Of a stretch of 64,000 nt of DNA, positions 12,526 through 28,700 are shown one piece after another. How positions within the stretch are numbered: position 1 is the first letter of the stretch; the number at the start of each line of letters is the position of its first letter. The stretch comes from Octopus vulgaris (taxonomy: Eukaryota), in contig CATOCA020000001.1 of assembly GCA_951406725.2 (NCBI GenBank), positions 3,844,001 to 3,908,000 on the forward strand, in the 5' to 3' direction. Both the position numbers and the translations under genes were made by a program. The notes under the pieces are model-generated. The model made no database searches, had not been told where the DNA came from, and saw only the letters and a program-made list of their open reading frames with translations.

Positions 12526-13038
12526 GAGAGAGCAGTGCATGCCATCAAAGTGACACTAGGGTAAAATATACGAAGCCCAGTATACCCATTATGACTACCC
12601 GTCTGATAAGGGTACACCAGGCACATGTATCACAACCATAAGTGCGAAACATGATGATCTCATATCAAGATAAAAAGCACATGACCTTCTATGTGGGGCC
12701 CAGTTAAAATATTCTTCTGGTCGAGTAACCCATCCTGCTCAAGAGGTCCCTGAGTAAGAGTTGTTTACGGATTTTGAACGAAACACCCATGTTTCCAGAG
12801 GTGAATTATTCAAACTCCAAAGAATCCCTCTTAACACATTGCTATGATACTCCCCCACTACTTCTGCTTGCGATCAGAGATGCACATATCTTCAGCCACT
12901 AAGGGACATGCTCAACTGGTTAACGTCGAGCAACTGACAAGCAAATCTGTGGTATTGAGCAGAATATTTGCTGGAGCCCATCCTCTATACCAAGACGATG
13001 GGCTACATCTTCGTTCAACATCCTTCAACAACCCTTAC
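12526..13038 (-). mobile_element. ~510-bp insertion within a (TAA)n microsatellite, probably a 5'-truncated non-LTR retrotransposon 3' end; copy 25172-25680
   Basis: Flanked by (TTA)n on both sides and absent from the paralogous microsatellite at 5410-5708. The minus strand ends ...gcatgcactgctctc followed by (AAT)n. Confidence 0.65.
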
Positions 13039-13110
13039 TATTATTATAATTATTATTATTATTATTAATATTATTATTATTATTATTATTATTAACATTA
13101 TTATTATTAC

Positions 13111-13148
<38 letters not shown>

Positions 13149-16100
13149 GTTGCCAATAGGGCCGGCTTATCGGAGAAGATACAGTAGAAAAGGCGGTGAG
13201 AGCTGGCAGAATCTTTATTACGTCGGGCGAAATGCTTAGCGGTATTTCTTCTGCCGTTATCTTCTGAGTTCAAATTTCCCCGAGGTCGACTTTGCCTTTC
13301 ATCATTTCGGGGTCGATTAAAGAAGTACCAGTTACGCACTGTGATCTATATAATAGACTTAATCCGTTTGTCTGTCCTTGTTTGTCCTCTCTGTGTTTAG
13401 CCCCTTGTCGATAGTAAAGAAACAGGATACAGTAGACATGAACACTGGAGATTTAACGCTGAGACAACGAGTACACAGTTAAAAGAATGACAATGATATC
13501 CGACAAAAGAATATAACAATGAAAGTTCGTAATAGGTGCAGGTAATCCCCTGGAGTTGGCGCAGGTACCCACACCCCAATCCTGAACCACTCGACGCTTC
13601 GAGGGCATCTGGTAAGAGCACTCTCCTCCCTCTCAAATTCACTAGCCCAAAGGCGTGTTATTAGAGTAGGTCAAATCACACGTACCATTTTCTCTGTTCA
13701 TCCACCTTTTGGCAAACGTACTGGGAGGCAGCACTTCACTCTGTACCCTCATCTTCCTTTCCAAAGGAAATTTGAAAAGGTTGACGAGTGATTGGCCGTA
13801 GAGAAAATTCTCTGTCTTTAGTCCGTTTAACCTGGACCACAATACAGCCTCTTTCGCTACTGCTATTAGACAGAAGTAAATTGCCTGACCTTCCGGACTA
13901 ATGGAAAGCGGCTAACCGATCTTCACTACGGACTCGGCCGATAGATAGAAACTGCCTACACTTAATAACAGCTTTTCAACATAACTCCACAAGTCAGTAA
14001 TGCAAGGACACTGGACGAGTGCGTGCAGAACGCTTTCATCGCTCTGCAATTCCGTGCTTGTAGAGTTTATCTCGATCCGGCAGTGCCCCCGATAGCACTG
14101 CAAAGCAAGGGACTTCTAGAAGTTATCCATTATCCCCGTCTTGAAAGTCCTCCTCAACAGACTGGTTAGTTCAATTTTGTCAACGCCTAGCGTCTCTCCA
14201 AGTGCTTCATCGCACTTTCCCTCCACTAACCCTCCATAGAATTTCAGAGTCGATTTTCCACTGATCGCATTGCCAACCTGGTAGAGGACAGTGAGTGCCT
14301 AGCAACATTCCAGATGCCAGTAACTCTTCCTCAGTCTCTTCTTGACCCAGGACTGCAGCTTACTCAAGGAGATGAGTTGTGGAAAAGCCTGTTTGGCAAA
14401 CGATGACCACACCTGTTCACCATTTACGCAGAATGTTTGGAGATGTCGCAGCCCCAGTGCATGTCTTCCACAGCATGCCCAGTGTTCCAGAAATCGGAAA
14501 GCGAAAGCACAAAAACGAAAATGGGAAAAGGGAAAAGTAAAAACAGCATTTAAGAGTCCTTGAATTATAAGGCTAAAAAGATATCAAAAATTTAATCAAG
14601 AATAGACGGAATTTCTCAGAATTTTTATACTTGACAACGACTGAAAATTCCAGACCTAGAGTCCAATAGAGGATTAAGCATCTTAGATCTGAACAGGATA
14701 TGCACTCTTTCAGCTAAACAATGTTTATATTTATTCGATCCATTCACATAAGTTATGGATTCTCAATTACTTCCCATCCAGTCACATGTGGTGTTTCGTT
14801 TTCTTCCAAACTTAGCCACTTTCGTAGCTTTACTTTTGGCCTATGTCGGAAGGGGATTATGTGATTGGCATAACGACTTTGAAATTCACCTTAAATAAGC
14901 AAAAGATTAAAAGAATAAAAGATTGTGTGTGTGTGTGTGTGTACATGCATACAAAAATACACCCACATACGCACGGATATCTACATAAGCGCACACACAC
15001 ACACACATATAGGCGTATGGATTATTGTTTCGGTAAGTTGTGTCCACGAGAAAGACACTTCCAGTGCTCTCATCTGAAAAGCACCAGCATTAACCAGGGG
15101 TTAACATTGCGACAGACTGGTATCCGGTGTGTTGTATCCTTGTGTGTTGAAATACGTTCGATACCGGGATATACTGGGGGCCTAATGAGCCTGTAGATCA
15201 GGCAGAGAATTTAGCTTAGAAAATGCTTTAATGTAGACATTTAGGCATGCGCAGTCAAGTGTTTGTGTAACGTTTATGGAGTGAAAGTCGATATGAATAT
15301 GACAAAAAAAGAAATACCGTATTTTCCGGTGTATAATCCGCTATTTTTTACCTGGGAAATTTAGTGTGCCGCTTAGAGAAAGGTGCGCCCAATGTGTGTA
15401 TCTTTTTTTATAAGTTCCAGGAGGAAAATTATTTGTGTATGGAGATCGAATGATTCCACTGATTTTTTTGGAGGAAAGGTCGGTCGATGAAAGACTATTG
15501 CTACAGGACATTTGTTCCTGGAAGAAAACAAAGCACATTTGTTTTGTTTTAACTTCATGTTTTGATAATGTTTTTTTTTATCCAATAAAGAATTTAATAT
15601 TGACGGAAGCTGTTTGTTGCTGATTATAGTAAGATAAAATTTTAAAAAAATCAACAATACATCTCAAAGTTGAAGAATGAAACATTTTGAAAATACATAC
15701 ACATCAACAACAACAAAGCTAGCAGCGGTCACGTGGTTCCATAAGTCTTTATAAAACACCGGTAGGCTTTATGTGTGGATAAAAACCAAAATTTTCCCCA
15801 AAATCCCAAGCTAAACTTCACAATACAATAATACAAACATTAATAAGCCACCTCAATTTTATAATACTAAACTTAAGCCAACATTCTACAACCCTATCTA
15901 CTAGACGATAGATATTAGTTCCATTACAACCTCCCAATCCGATACTAATATAAATCCTAATTTAGATTCTCCCCACTAACAACAAACCAACAAACATCAA
16001 CATTACTAATAGTAAACCCCAACCACTTGCAACTGTCGCGCTTCTGAAATATATGGTATGCAGACACCTGTCTCCTCAAAAGCGTAATCTATAAGTGCTA

Positions 16101-16567
16101 CGTGATTACCCCATGCACCCACCAGGCAAGGGTGTATATTAATGGCACTGAGGATTTTCAATGTCGTTGTCGTGCTCATATGTATTCTTTCACTAATCCC
16201 AAATCTAAACTATTTCAATCTTTAGCAACACACATATACAACCTCAATTCAAAACAATGTCCAACACGCTCTATCGTGGTCCATAGTATGTGAAGCTCCC
16301 CTCTACAACACAAATATAGGTAAATATATGTTACGTATAAAAGCGTCATTAACTATTCTTCGCCTCCACAACTCCTCACTGTTAAATTCTCTGACGTTAT
16401 TTTTTATCGTAAGCATAAATACCGCCCGACATTCATGCACTTCCCTAATTCCAAATAAATAAAGCTGTAATGTAAAACAAGTGTCAACCTGACAATCGAC
16501 AAGTGAACACATTCCAAATAGCAAATATGTGTGTGTGTGTGTCTATGTATACATATATGTATGTATA

Positions 16568-16676
<109 letters not shown>

Positions 16677-17660
16677 CATATGCAATACATATGAAATATC
16701 CAAAATTGCATTTACAAATACATAATATATACATACAAGCTCTTACATACATACATGCAAACACACACACATATACGCACAATATATATACATATAAACT
16801 CCTACATTATTACACAGTATTAAAAACATTAAGTAGTCAGCATATATATATAGATACCTACAGAAATATAAATATATATAACACGCATCCCAAATTTATT
16901 CCAAGTATTATTTTTTGCTTTTCAACCGTCTCTACTCTCATTTGACCCTTCTCGGCTTCAAACAATAATTAACAAAAGTCAAATACTAAGAAAAATACCG
17001 ACCCGATTTTTTATACTACTAACATTCTTAACCACTCCCTCGTACCTGAAAAGTGTCCTTAAAAAATACCCCTCGTAATTCGAGATGGAATTGCTGTTTC
17101 ATTATTGTACCAGCTAGAAGGGGATACTCCTTCAACATTCACATGAATTACTTATTTATTCACATCGTTTAAAATTAAACATACGTTATCTTCTAGCTTT
17201 GAGATTTTGATTATGTGATTGCTTACTTTTAGAATAACTTTGCATGGTTGTTGTGAAAGGGCTAATGTGTTCAGTTTCAACAGAAAACAGGAAGAATATT
17301 TGGGCCCGACGTGGCCAGTGCCAATGCTAATGGGTTAACTGAAAATTACTGAAGTAAAAATAAAAGCATAAAAAAACATTTTAGGTAATTTGGGGACCCA
17401 AATTTATGATTTCTTAAGGGTGGAGAACCTTTTTATCCCATCCTTAATGCCGTTGAGGAGACTGGACAATGGCCAATAGAAGGCCGATATAATATAATGA
17501 AAATCGTAACTTACCAATAAAGTGCTGTTAGTCTCTGTTCGAAAGAGGTAGTGAATGTTTATATATATCTATATATATATATATGTGCGCATATATATAT
17601 ATATTGCGTCATTTGTTTATTTACCATACATTTTTTCATTGAAGTAGCACACAATTATGC

Positions 17661-17712
<52 letters not shown>

Positions 17713-17872
17713 ATAGATTGGCGTCTTTATTTCTCATTATATGAATCCGATATGAAAAGTTTGCGTCAGCAGTCAAAGATGGGCGTTGATAGTGGAAGAG
17801 TGTAAATGAGAGAGGGGAAAGAAAGTGATAGAAAGAGAGAGAGAGAGGGAGGGAGAAAGAAGAAAAAGAGGG

Positions 17873-17921
<49 letters not shown>

Positions 17922-18188
17922 TGTGATGCTATTAGCTACATAACCATCTACTAAGGATTTGGTGAGATTGATACATTTTAATTCCCTTCACTTACTCAGT
18001 ATACCCTCCTTCTTCCCCGACATTAGCATTCCAGCAGAAATGGAGAAATGAAAATTATGTCACTGTCTGGTGTTGCATGTGTGTATGTATGTGTGTGTGT
18101 GTATATGCGTAACTGCATGAGACTGTTTACATCCGCGTAACTGAAATTAACTTGAAATAATCTAAGTACTATTTTACAAATTGTGATA

Positions 18189-18228
<40 letters not shown>

Positions 18229-18295
18229 TATATATATTTATATAAACACGCGCACACAGTTATCAGAATTATATAAACGTATATATTCATGTATT

Positions 18296-18359
<64 letters not shown>

Positions 18360-21079
18360 TAGGTGAATGAATTATTCTAGCATGGAAAATTCGTTTAACC
18401 GATACCTGGGTAGCAAATTCACGTCGGAAAACACAGTTGAAGTGACCTGTCAAGTGTAGAAACTCCGGGTTCTTGTGTGCAAATTTGTGTTATTTATATG
18501 AATAAATGAAAGAATGGAGTCGAACGAGGTTTTTACTCTCGACACATGTTTCGAAGACGGCATAATTTTAATTCCGAAGGAATAAATGGTGCATTATGCC
18601 ATCTTCTCATCAGGAAAGATTAAGAGCCTCTTTCAGCCACAAGACGAACAAAATTTTTGATGATTGCCTAGATAGTGACCACAGTGACAATGAGTGTTTT
18701 TTTAAAAATAATCCGTTATAAGCAATGACTTTAGAAATGGGTAGAAGGAGGGAGTAGTAAAAATAGGTAGGGGACAATATGTATGCTGTATGTATGATGA
18801 TGTGCGGGTGTGTGCTTGTGTTAATGATTGCGAGTGATTGTGTATGTGTATGAGTGTGTATATAACTGCATTTGTGTCTGTGTGTGTATGTGTTATTGTG
18901 TGTGTGAGGTAGACAAACGTGAAATACACTTAGTAGTAAGGTGTGAAATTTGTGTATGTGTGTTTGATCGTGCGTGTTATAGAGAGGGATATATATATAT
19001 ATATATATATACATACGTCAAAGAAATCTAGTAGCTATGGAACATAAAATCGTTTAAAAGCGACATTAACCGGAAATGATTAAAATATTGTTATACGATC
19101 AGACGATAGATTTTTCATGTTTTAGAATCATCTCACTTTTGCTCGATAACTATTGATCATCGATCTCTTCCCAAATACAATGTCAAAAGCCAACATTAAA
19201 ATGAAGTACATTTCTAAATTCATTGTTAGACCCTCCAGTGTTCACATTGTCATCCACCATTCTCTTCCTGAAGAATCTCTGAAGTTTAAGCTGGATGTGC
19301 TAGAAATAGCAGCCAAATATTTCCTCTGAGCAGACGATAGATTCATTTAACTTTAGTGTCACTTCAGAAAATCAAGTTATCAATAACGATAATAATTTAA
19401 ATGGTATTTATAATGATTGACATGGAAGCAAACGATACAAATTCATTTAACAATAGTTCGTTTCAGAAAATTACGTTTGTGAAATAAAGTATATGATAGA
19501 GAAATTATAACAATTCTGAAGAGGAATTAAAGGTTTTAGCAGCTTTAAAGTTATGGGAAAAGAATTTTCGTTATCAAAGTAGCAATATTTTATACGAAAG
19601 AAGGATGACAGGCGAGGATTTTGTGGTGTGAAGGGTCTTCAATTGTATATGTCCTGGTCTGTGTGTGCGTCTGTGTGTGTGTGTGTGTGTTTGTGCCTGT
19701 GTGTGTGTTATGCACTGAGATATATAACGATTATAATAATGGACACAATTATATTCCAAACTTCTATAGGCGCGGGAGTGGCTGTGTGGTAAGTAGCTTG
19801 CTTACCAACCACATTGTTCCTGGTTCAATCCCACTGCGTGGCACTCTGGGCGAGCGTCTTCTACTATAGACTCGGCCGATTAAAGGCTTGTGAGTGGATT
19901 TAGTAGACGGAAACTGAAAGAAGCCCGTTGTATATATGCATATATATATTTCTATGTGTGTGTTTGTGTGTCAGTGTTTGTCCCGCCCCCCCAACATCGC
20001 TTGACAACCGATGCTGGAGTGTTTATGTCCCTGTAAGTTAGCGGTTCGGCAAAAGAGACCGATAGAAGAAGTACTAGGCTTACATGAATAAGTCCTTGGG
20101 TCGATTTACTCGACAAAAGGCGGTGCTCCAGCACGGCCACATTCAAATCACTGAAACAAATAAAAGAGTAAAAAAAAGAGAGAGAGAGAGCTCATCTGTA
20201 CCCAAACATTCAATAGTTTGATGTCCTGTTTTCATAGGAGTGAGGGGAAGAGGGAGAGGAAAACATGCAGGGGCCACTAAACTGTTTAACGTATTTGTAT
20301 CTGAGAAAGTCTCCAGTATTCTAGATGCCATCTGCAAAAAGTGAAAGATAAAAAAGGAAATTGGAAAAAAAAAATAATTGTCTTCCAGTATCTGTGTGTG
20401 TGTCTGTGTGCGTGTGTGTGTGTGTCTGTGTGTGTTTGTGTGTGATGCAATGAGATACATAACCATGCCTATGAGTTTCTTTAATATAAAACTGAAGTGA
20501 ATATTAATGATAATATTAAATGATAATATTAATACTTTACATTCCACCGGTATCAGTATCTGTGTCTAAAGTTATAATTACTGCATACTGGTGGTACAGT
20601 TTTCAACCAGCAGGATGTAACCTGATGCTAATGCTTATGATATACATGCAGCAGAAAGGCGTGTCGTTCACAGGTTTAAAATAACTAAATTGCATTGTAT
20701 ATAAAATATGCTAAAAAGTAAGTTACTTCATGTGTAACATTTAATTCTTATTTTAATGTCTTTTACACAGGATAAAACCCGAAATAGTGAACTCGGAATT
20801 TTGGAACTAAGTGAAAGACAATGATTGTTTACCATAAAGATTTTCCCGTTTTGCCGGACCATTCGATGTGGTTTACCAGAGCCTGGATTGTAGAACAATG
20901 CTTGTAAGTTGCGTCCCATGATTTGATTTTCCTGTCCCTTTATATTATGTATATGTGTGTGTGAAAGTGTGTGTCTGCGTGCGTGTTTGTGTGTGTGAAA
21001 ATAAGTAAATGTAAATGAATGTATATATGTGTGTATATATATATATATATATGTATATCGATATATGGAGAGACGTAAT

Positions 21080-21588
<509 letters not shown>

Positions 21589-23090
21589 TGTTTCTTTATT
21601 AGCCACACAGGGCTGCACACAGACAGACCAAATTACAAGGTAGAGCTTTTCTTTTGGGGGTAAAAAAAGGGGGTTGGGTTTCGATCAAAAGGGATCGTAA
21701 AAGGAAAGAAAGAGGACAAAAAAAGGGGAGGATTTTTTTAAAAAAGTGGGGAGAAGGAAAGAAATAAAAGGAAAGAGGAGAGGAAAAAAAGTTGATCAAT
21801 AGGGATCGTAATCACAGAAATGTCAATATGAAGTGTAAAGATAAGCCTACGGAAAAGACCTCGGTAACCTCGGTCAATGAAGTCACATATTATATCTCTT
21901 TCTTTTATTTTTTTTTTTGCAAATAAGCAACTCTCTGTATTAATTTTTACGGTTCATAGAATCATAGTCAAGGTGGCTTCGTCATTCATACGTGCCATCC
22001 TTGCTACATTCACCCATCTTCTTTTAAAACATTCGCTAGACAAAATTTGCCTCTCTACTCTCACTTTCCTCTTCATGTGATACTTGAAGAAGTTGATGAG
22101 AGATTGACCAGAGAGGAAAGTGTTTGTCTCCAATCCTTTCGGGCGCGTCCACCAGATACATTCTTTCGCCATAGCCACAAGTATGATAAAAATAGCTCTT
22201 CCTTCCCGTTTGAAGGAAGGAGGCGTGACGATATTAACGATAGATTCGGCTGATAAACCGACACGTCCCACACGTGACAGCAGTCGTTCGACATAAGGCC
22301 ACAGGTCGGAAATTGCTGGACACTGCACGATTGCGTGCAGAGCGGTTTCGTCGCTCTGCCCGCATCTCGGGCAGGTCGGCCCCGTGTTTCTCGAGCCATG
22401 CCTATAGAGCTTATCCCGAACGGGTAGCGCTTCTCGGTAGCACCGCCAGGCCAGGGATCTCTGGAAGTTGTCTATAGGTCCCGGGCCGAAAGTCGTTTGA
22501 AACAGGCGGGTCAGGTATTCCTCGACGACGCCCAGGTTTGCCAAGAGATCGTCGTCGTACCTCCCCTCCACTAATCCCCTATAGAATTCTTTGGTTGTGT
22601 TGAAGTCACTCAAGATCGACCTGGGACGGCAGAGTTGCTTGAGAGCAACGCGACACTCGCGGTGCCATTCGCCCTTCCTCGGCCTCTTTTTGATCCACGA
22701 CTGTTTTTCGGTCATGGAGACGAGTTGCGGGAATGCATGCCTCACAAACGGCGACCACACCTGTTCACCGTCGTGAACATAGAGCCGGAGATGTCGCAGT
22801 CTCAGCGCGTGTCTGCGCATCATCAACCACGGCATGCCCAGCCCTTCTTTTAACGGGTGTTGGCAGCAAATGGATCGCCTGACCATCGGGACGCATCCTT
22901 TCCACACGAAGCGGAAGAGGATGCGTTCTAGTTTGGTGATGGTAGGGTCGGGACAAGGTACGACGGTCAGGCGGTAGTAGATGGTGGACGCGATGTAGGC
23001 TTTCGCCACCTCCACCCGACCTTTTAGGGACACTTTCCTCTCGGCCTATTGCTGGGCGAGAGTGACCACCCTACTCGTTATCTCGTTCCA
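21589..23090 (-). mobile_element. 5'-truncated L1/Tx1-clade LINE with an open 359-aa ORF2 C-terminus (zf-RVT CCHC) and 3' UTR
   Basis: ORF 21954-23033 has LERILFRFVWKG...GLGMP and CPRCGQSDETALHAIVQC. AATAAA lies on the minus strand at 21595-21600. GATA repeats flank both ends. Confidence 0.92.
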
Positions 23091-23145
23091 GATAGATAGA
23101 TAGATATGTAGATATATAGGTAGATAGATAGATAGATAGATAGAC

Positions 23146-23248
<103 letters not shown>

Positions 23249-23844
23249 GATATAGATAGAAGATCGATTGATTGATCGATAGATAGATCATTTTCTATTG
23301 TTGCATCCTTTAAAATTTCAGGAACACAAACCATAGAGCTTCAATTCCCGTTCGCTGTCTTCGATGAGATCCGACAATTCTAATTTATGGCGTAGAATTT
23401 AAACCATAGCTGTAAACAATTCCTTACGTTTGTCATCCATTGGGCTGCGCCTATGCTGGGGCACTGCCTTAAAGTGTTTTAGTCGCACAAATCGACCCCA
23501 GTATTTGTTGTTAAGCCTGCTGCGTATTCTCGCGATCCCTTCCGCTGATTTGCCTACAGTTACGCAACTTTATACTTTTGATTTTTTTTTTATTACTTAC
23601 CAGAAAAAGAAAAACAGGAAGGCAATTATCGTCAGCGGCAGGCAATTCTGAATCAGACGTAAATGCTTTGAAAATGACGTGGTAAAAATGTGAAACGTTT
23701 CAAGTGGTTGTAAGGAATTTAACAAGATACCGATACCGATCGGCCAAATTACTGGGACGTAAAAATCCGGAACCTGTTCCCAAGCGGTCATAGTGGATAA
23801 ACTGAAACACATACACATATACATACACACGCTCACATATACAT

Positions 23845-23899
<55 letters not shown>

Positions 23900-24700
23900 A
23901 GTGTGTGTGTGTGTATGTGTATATATAACAAAGTAAGTTTGGGGCTACTAATAAATATATATAATTGAAATATAGGATAAAATTTTTACGAGGATTTATC
24001 AAGTAGTTATTGTGAAAAACCTCAGAAGGGATAACTTATTAATTATTCCCTATGAATATATTTATATATATTAAGGGCATTACTTATACATAAATGCCTC
24101 ACGCGAGGAGGGTCTCTTGAAGTATAAACTACTATAATGCCCACATTGTACAAAACGCGAGGGAATGCAACTCTCAAAGCGAGCCTCCAGAAACAGACGT
24201 AGCTGAACATCATATGATTCCGTAATTAGTGCATAAAATCCACTTTTCACTCATCAGCGCAGCCTTTGTCAGGACATAAAAATTAACAAATATCAACGTA
24301 CCAGACGAACACTTGTATCCTTGCGTTTGATACAATGTGGTTATTATATTCAGGCAGTCATAGTTGACGGAAGCGATGTACGCATTCGCCACCTTGACTC
24401 GACCCTTCACGAACAGCTTCCTCTCTGCCAATTTCTGGGTGAGATCGACTATCCTGTTCGTCACCTCCCACCCGTTGTTGTCCCACCTCGGGGTCTACAG
24501 CAGACCAGACCCCAAACAGTTTAACCTGTCTTTCACTTTAGCGCCCTACAAACTGTCGGTTGGTATGGGTCTACCTCTCCATCTGCCGAGTTGCAGGCCC
24601 ACCGACTTCTCTTGGATAAGCTTTGCTCCTATCAACGCTTCGTGGACAGTATTATGATGACGTGGTCCGTGTTAGCGGATACGAACATTCCACATCCTAA

Positions 24701-24740
<40 letters not shown>

Positions 24741-25126
24741 CTGTATTTCTAATTATATTATTTCGATTTGAAAATTTCAGTCAGCAGTTTATGATGACTG
24801 GCGGTGGAAGTGGAAGAGTTAAAATGAGAGAGGGGTAGAGGGAGTGATAGAAGAGAGAGAGGGGAAAGAAGAGGAGGAGATTTGATGTGTACGATTGTTC
24901 GTGTGTGTGTGTGTGTTTGTGTCTCTATGTGTGATGTAATATATACATAACCTTGCCTAAGCTTTTCTTTAATATGAAACTGGAGGGAATATCACATTAA
25001 CGATTGCATTAAATGATATAATTTTACTGTGAAGAAGTGAGTGAAATGTTTAGCCGGAAGAACTTTCCAATAACAATAATAATTATAATAATAATAATAA
25101 AAATAATAATAATAGTAATAATAATA

Positions 25127-25171
<45 letters not shown>

Positions 25172-25693
25172 GAGCAGTGCATGCCATCAAAGTGACACTA
25201 GGGTAAAATATACGAAGCCCAGTATACCCATCATGACTACCCGTCTGATAAGGGTACACCATACACATGCATCACAACCATAAGTGCGAAACATGATGAT
25301 CTCATATCAAGATAAAAAGCACATGACCTTCTATGTGTGGCCCAGTTAGAATTTTCTTCTGGTCGAGTAACCCATCCTGCTCAAAAGGTCCCTGAGTAAG
25401 AGTTGTTTACGGATTTTGAACGAAACACCCATGTTTCCAGAGGTGAATTATTCAAACCCCAAAGAATCCCTCTTAACACATTGCTATGATACTCCCCCAC
25501 TACTTCTGCTTGCGATCAGAGATGCACATATCTTCAGCCACTAAGGGACATGCTCAACTGGCTAACGTCGAGCAACTGACAAGCAAATCTGTGGTATTGA
25601 GCAGAATATTTGCTGGAGCCCATCCCCTATACCAAGACAATGGGCTACATCTTCGTTCAACATCCTTCAACAACCCTTACTATTATTATAATA

Positions 25694-25789
<96 letters not shown>

Positions 25790-28700
25790 TGCCAATAGGG
25801 CCGGCATATCGGAGAAGATACAGTAGAAAAGGCGGTGAGAGCTGGCAGAATCTTTATTACGTCGGGCGAAATGCTAAGCGGTATTTCTTCTGCCGTTATC
25901 TTCTGAGTTCAAATTTCCCCGAGGTCGACTTTGCCTTTCATCCTTTCGGGGTCGATTAAAGAAGTACCATTTACGCACTGTGATCGATATAATCGACTTA
26001 ATCCGTTTGTCTGTCCTTGTTTGTCCTCTCTGTGTTTAGCCCCTTGTCGGTAGTAAAGAAACAGGACACAGTAGACATGAACACTGGAGATTTAACGCTG
26101 AGACAACGAGTACACACTTAAAAGAATAACAATGATATCCGACAAAAGAATATAACAATGAAAGTTCGTAATAGGTGCAGGTAATCCCCTGGAGTTGGCT
26201 CAGGTACCCACACCCCAATCCTGAACCACTCGACGCTTCGAGGGCATCTGGGAAGAGCACTCTCCTCCCTCTCAAATTCACTAGCCCAAAGGCGTGTTAT
26301 TAGAGTAGGTCCACTCACACGTACCATTTTCTCTGTTCATCCACCTTTTGGCAAATGTGCTGGGAGGCAGCACTTCACTCTGCACCCTCATCTTCCTTTC
26401 CAAAGGAAATTTGAAAAAGTTGACGAGTGATTGGCCGTAGAGAAAATTCTCTGTCTTTAGTCCGTTTAACCTGGTCCACAATACAGCCTCTTTCGCTAAT
26501 GCTATTTGACAGAAGTAAAATGCCTGACCTTCCGGACTAATGGAAAGCGGCTGAGCGATCTTCACTACGGACTCGGCCGATAGATAGAAACTACCTACAC
26601 TTAATAACAGCTTTTCAACATAACTCCACAAGTCAGTAATGCAAGGACACTGGACGAGTGCGTGCAGAACGCTTTCATCGCTCTGCGCATATCTCGGGTA
26701 GGTCGGTCAGGCAGCAATTCCGTGCTTGTAGAGTTTATCTCGATCCGGCAGTGCCCCCCGATAGCACTGCAAAGCAAGGGACTTCTAGAAGTTATCCATT
26801 ATCCCCGTCTTGAAAGTCCTCCTCAACAGACTGGTTAGTTCAATTTTGTCAACGCCTAGCGTCTCTCCAAGTGCTTCATCGCACTTTCCCTCCACTAACC
26901 CTCCATAGAACTTCAGAGTGGATTTTCCACTGATCGCATTGCCCACCTGGTAGAGGACCGTGAGTGCCTAGCAACATTCCAGATGCCAGTAACTCTTCCT
27001 CGGTCTCTTCTTGACCCAGGACTGCAGCTTACTCAAGGAGATGAGTTGTGGAAAAGCCTGTTTGACAAACGATGACCACACCTGTTCACCATTTACGCAG
27101 AATGTTTGGAGATGTCGCAGCCCCAGTGCATGTCTTCCACAGCATGCCCAGTGTTCCGGAAATCGGAAAGCGAAAGCACAAAAACGAAAATAGGAAAAGG
27201 GAAAAGTAAAAACAGCATTTAAGAGTTCTCCTCGTTAGACCTTGAATTATAAGGCTAAAAAGATATCAAAAGTTTAATCAAGAATAGACGGAATTTTTCA
27301 GTTCTTCAAAATATATTTATACTTGACAACGACTGAAAATTCCTGACCTAGAGTCCAATAGAGGATTAAGCATCTTAGATCTGAACAGGATATGCACTCT
27401 TTCAGCTAAACAATGTTTATATTTATTCGATCCATTCACATAAGTTATGGATTCTCAATTACTTCCCATCCAGTCACAAGTGGTGTTTCGTTTTCTTCCA
27501 AACTTAGCCAGTTTCGTAGCTTTACTTTTGGCCTATGTCGGAAGGGGATTATGGGATTGGCATAACGACTTTGAAATTCACCTTAAATAAGCAAAAGAAT
27601 AAGAGAATAAAAGATTATTGTGTGTGTGTGTGTACATGCATACAAAAATACACCCACATACGCACGGATATGTACATAAGCGCGCACAGACACACTCATA
27701 GGCGTATGGATTATTGTTTCGGTAAGTTGTGTCCACGAGAAAGACACTTCCAGTGCTCTCATCTGAAAAGTACCAGCATTAACCAGGGGTTAACATTGCG
27801 ACAGACTGGTATCCGGTGTGTTGTATCCTTGTGTGTTGAAATACGTTCGATACCGGGATATACTGGGGGCCTAATGAGCCTGTAGATCAGGCAGAGAATT
27901 TAGCTTAGAAAATGCTTTAATGTAGACATTTAGGCATGCGCAGTCAAGTGTTTGTGTAACGTTTATGGAGTGAAAGTCGATATGAATATGACAAAAAAAG
28001 AAACACCGTATTTTCCGGTGTATAAGCCGCTATTTTTTACCTGGGAAATTTAGTGTGCCGCTTAGAGAATGGTGCGCCTAATGTGTGTAACTTTTTTTAT
28101 AGTTCCAGGAGGAAAATAATTTGTGTATGGAGATCGAATGATTCCACTGATTTTTTTGGAGGAAAGGTCGGTCGATGAAAGACTATTGCTACAGGACATT
28201 TGTGCCTGGAAGAAAACAAAGCACATTTGTTTTGTTTTAACTTCAAGTTTTGATAATGTTTTTTTTTATCCAATAAAGAATTTAATTTTGACGGAATGTG
28301 TTTGTTGCTGATTATAGTAAGATAAAATTTTTAAAAAATCAACAATACATCTCAAAGTTGAAGAATAAAACATTTTGAAAATACATACACATCAACAACA
28401 ACAAAGCTAGCAGCGGTCACGTGGTTCCATAAGTCTTTATAAAACACCGGTGGGCTTTATGTGTGGATAAAAACCAAAATTTTCCCCAAAATCCCAAGCT
28501 AAACTTCACAATACAATAATACAAACATTAATAAGCCACCTCAATTGTATAATTCTAATCTTAAGCCAACATTCTACAACCCTGTCTACGAGACGACAAA
28601 TATTAGTTCCATTACAACCTCTCAATCCGATACTAATATAAATCCTAATTTAGATTCTCCCCACTAACAACAAACCAACCAACATCAACATTACTAATAG

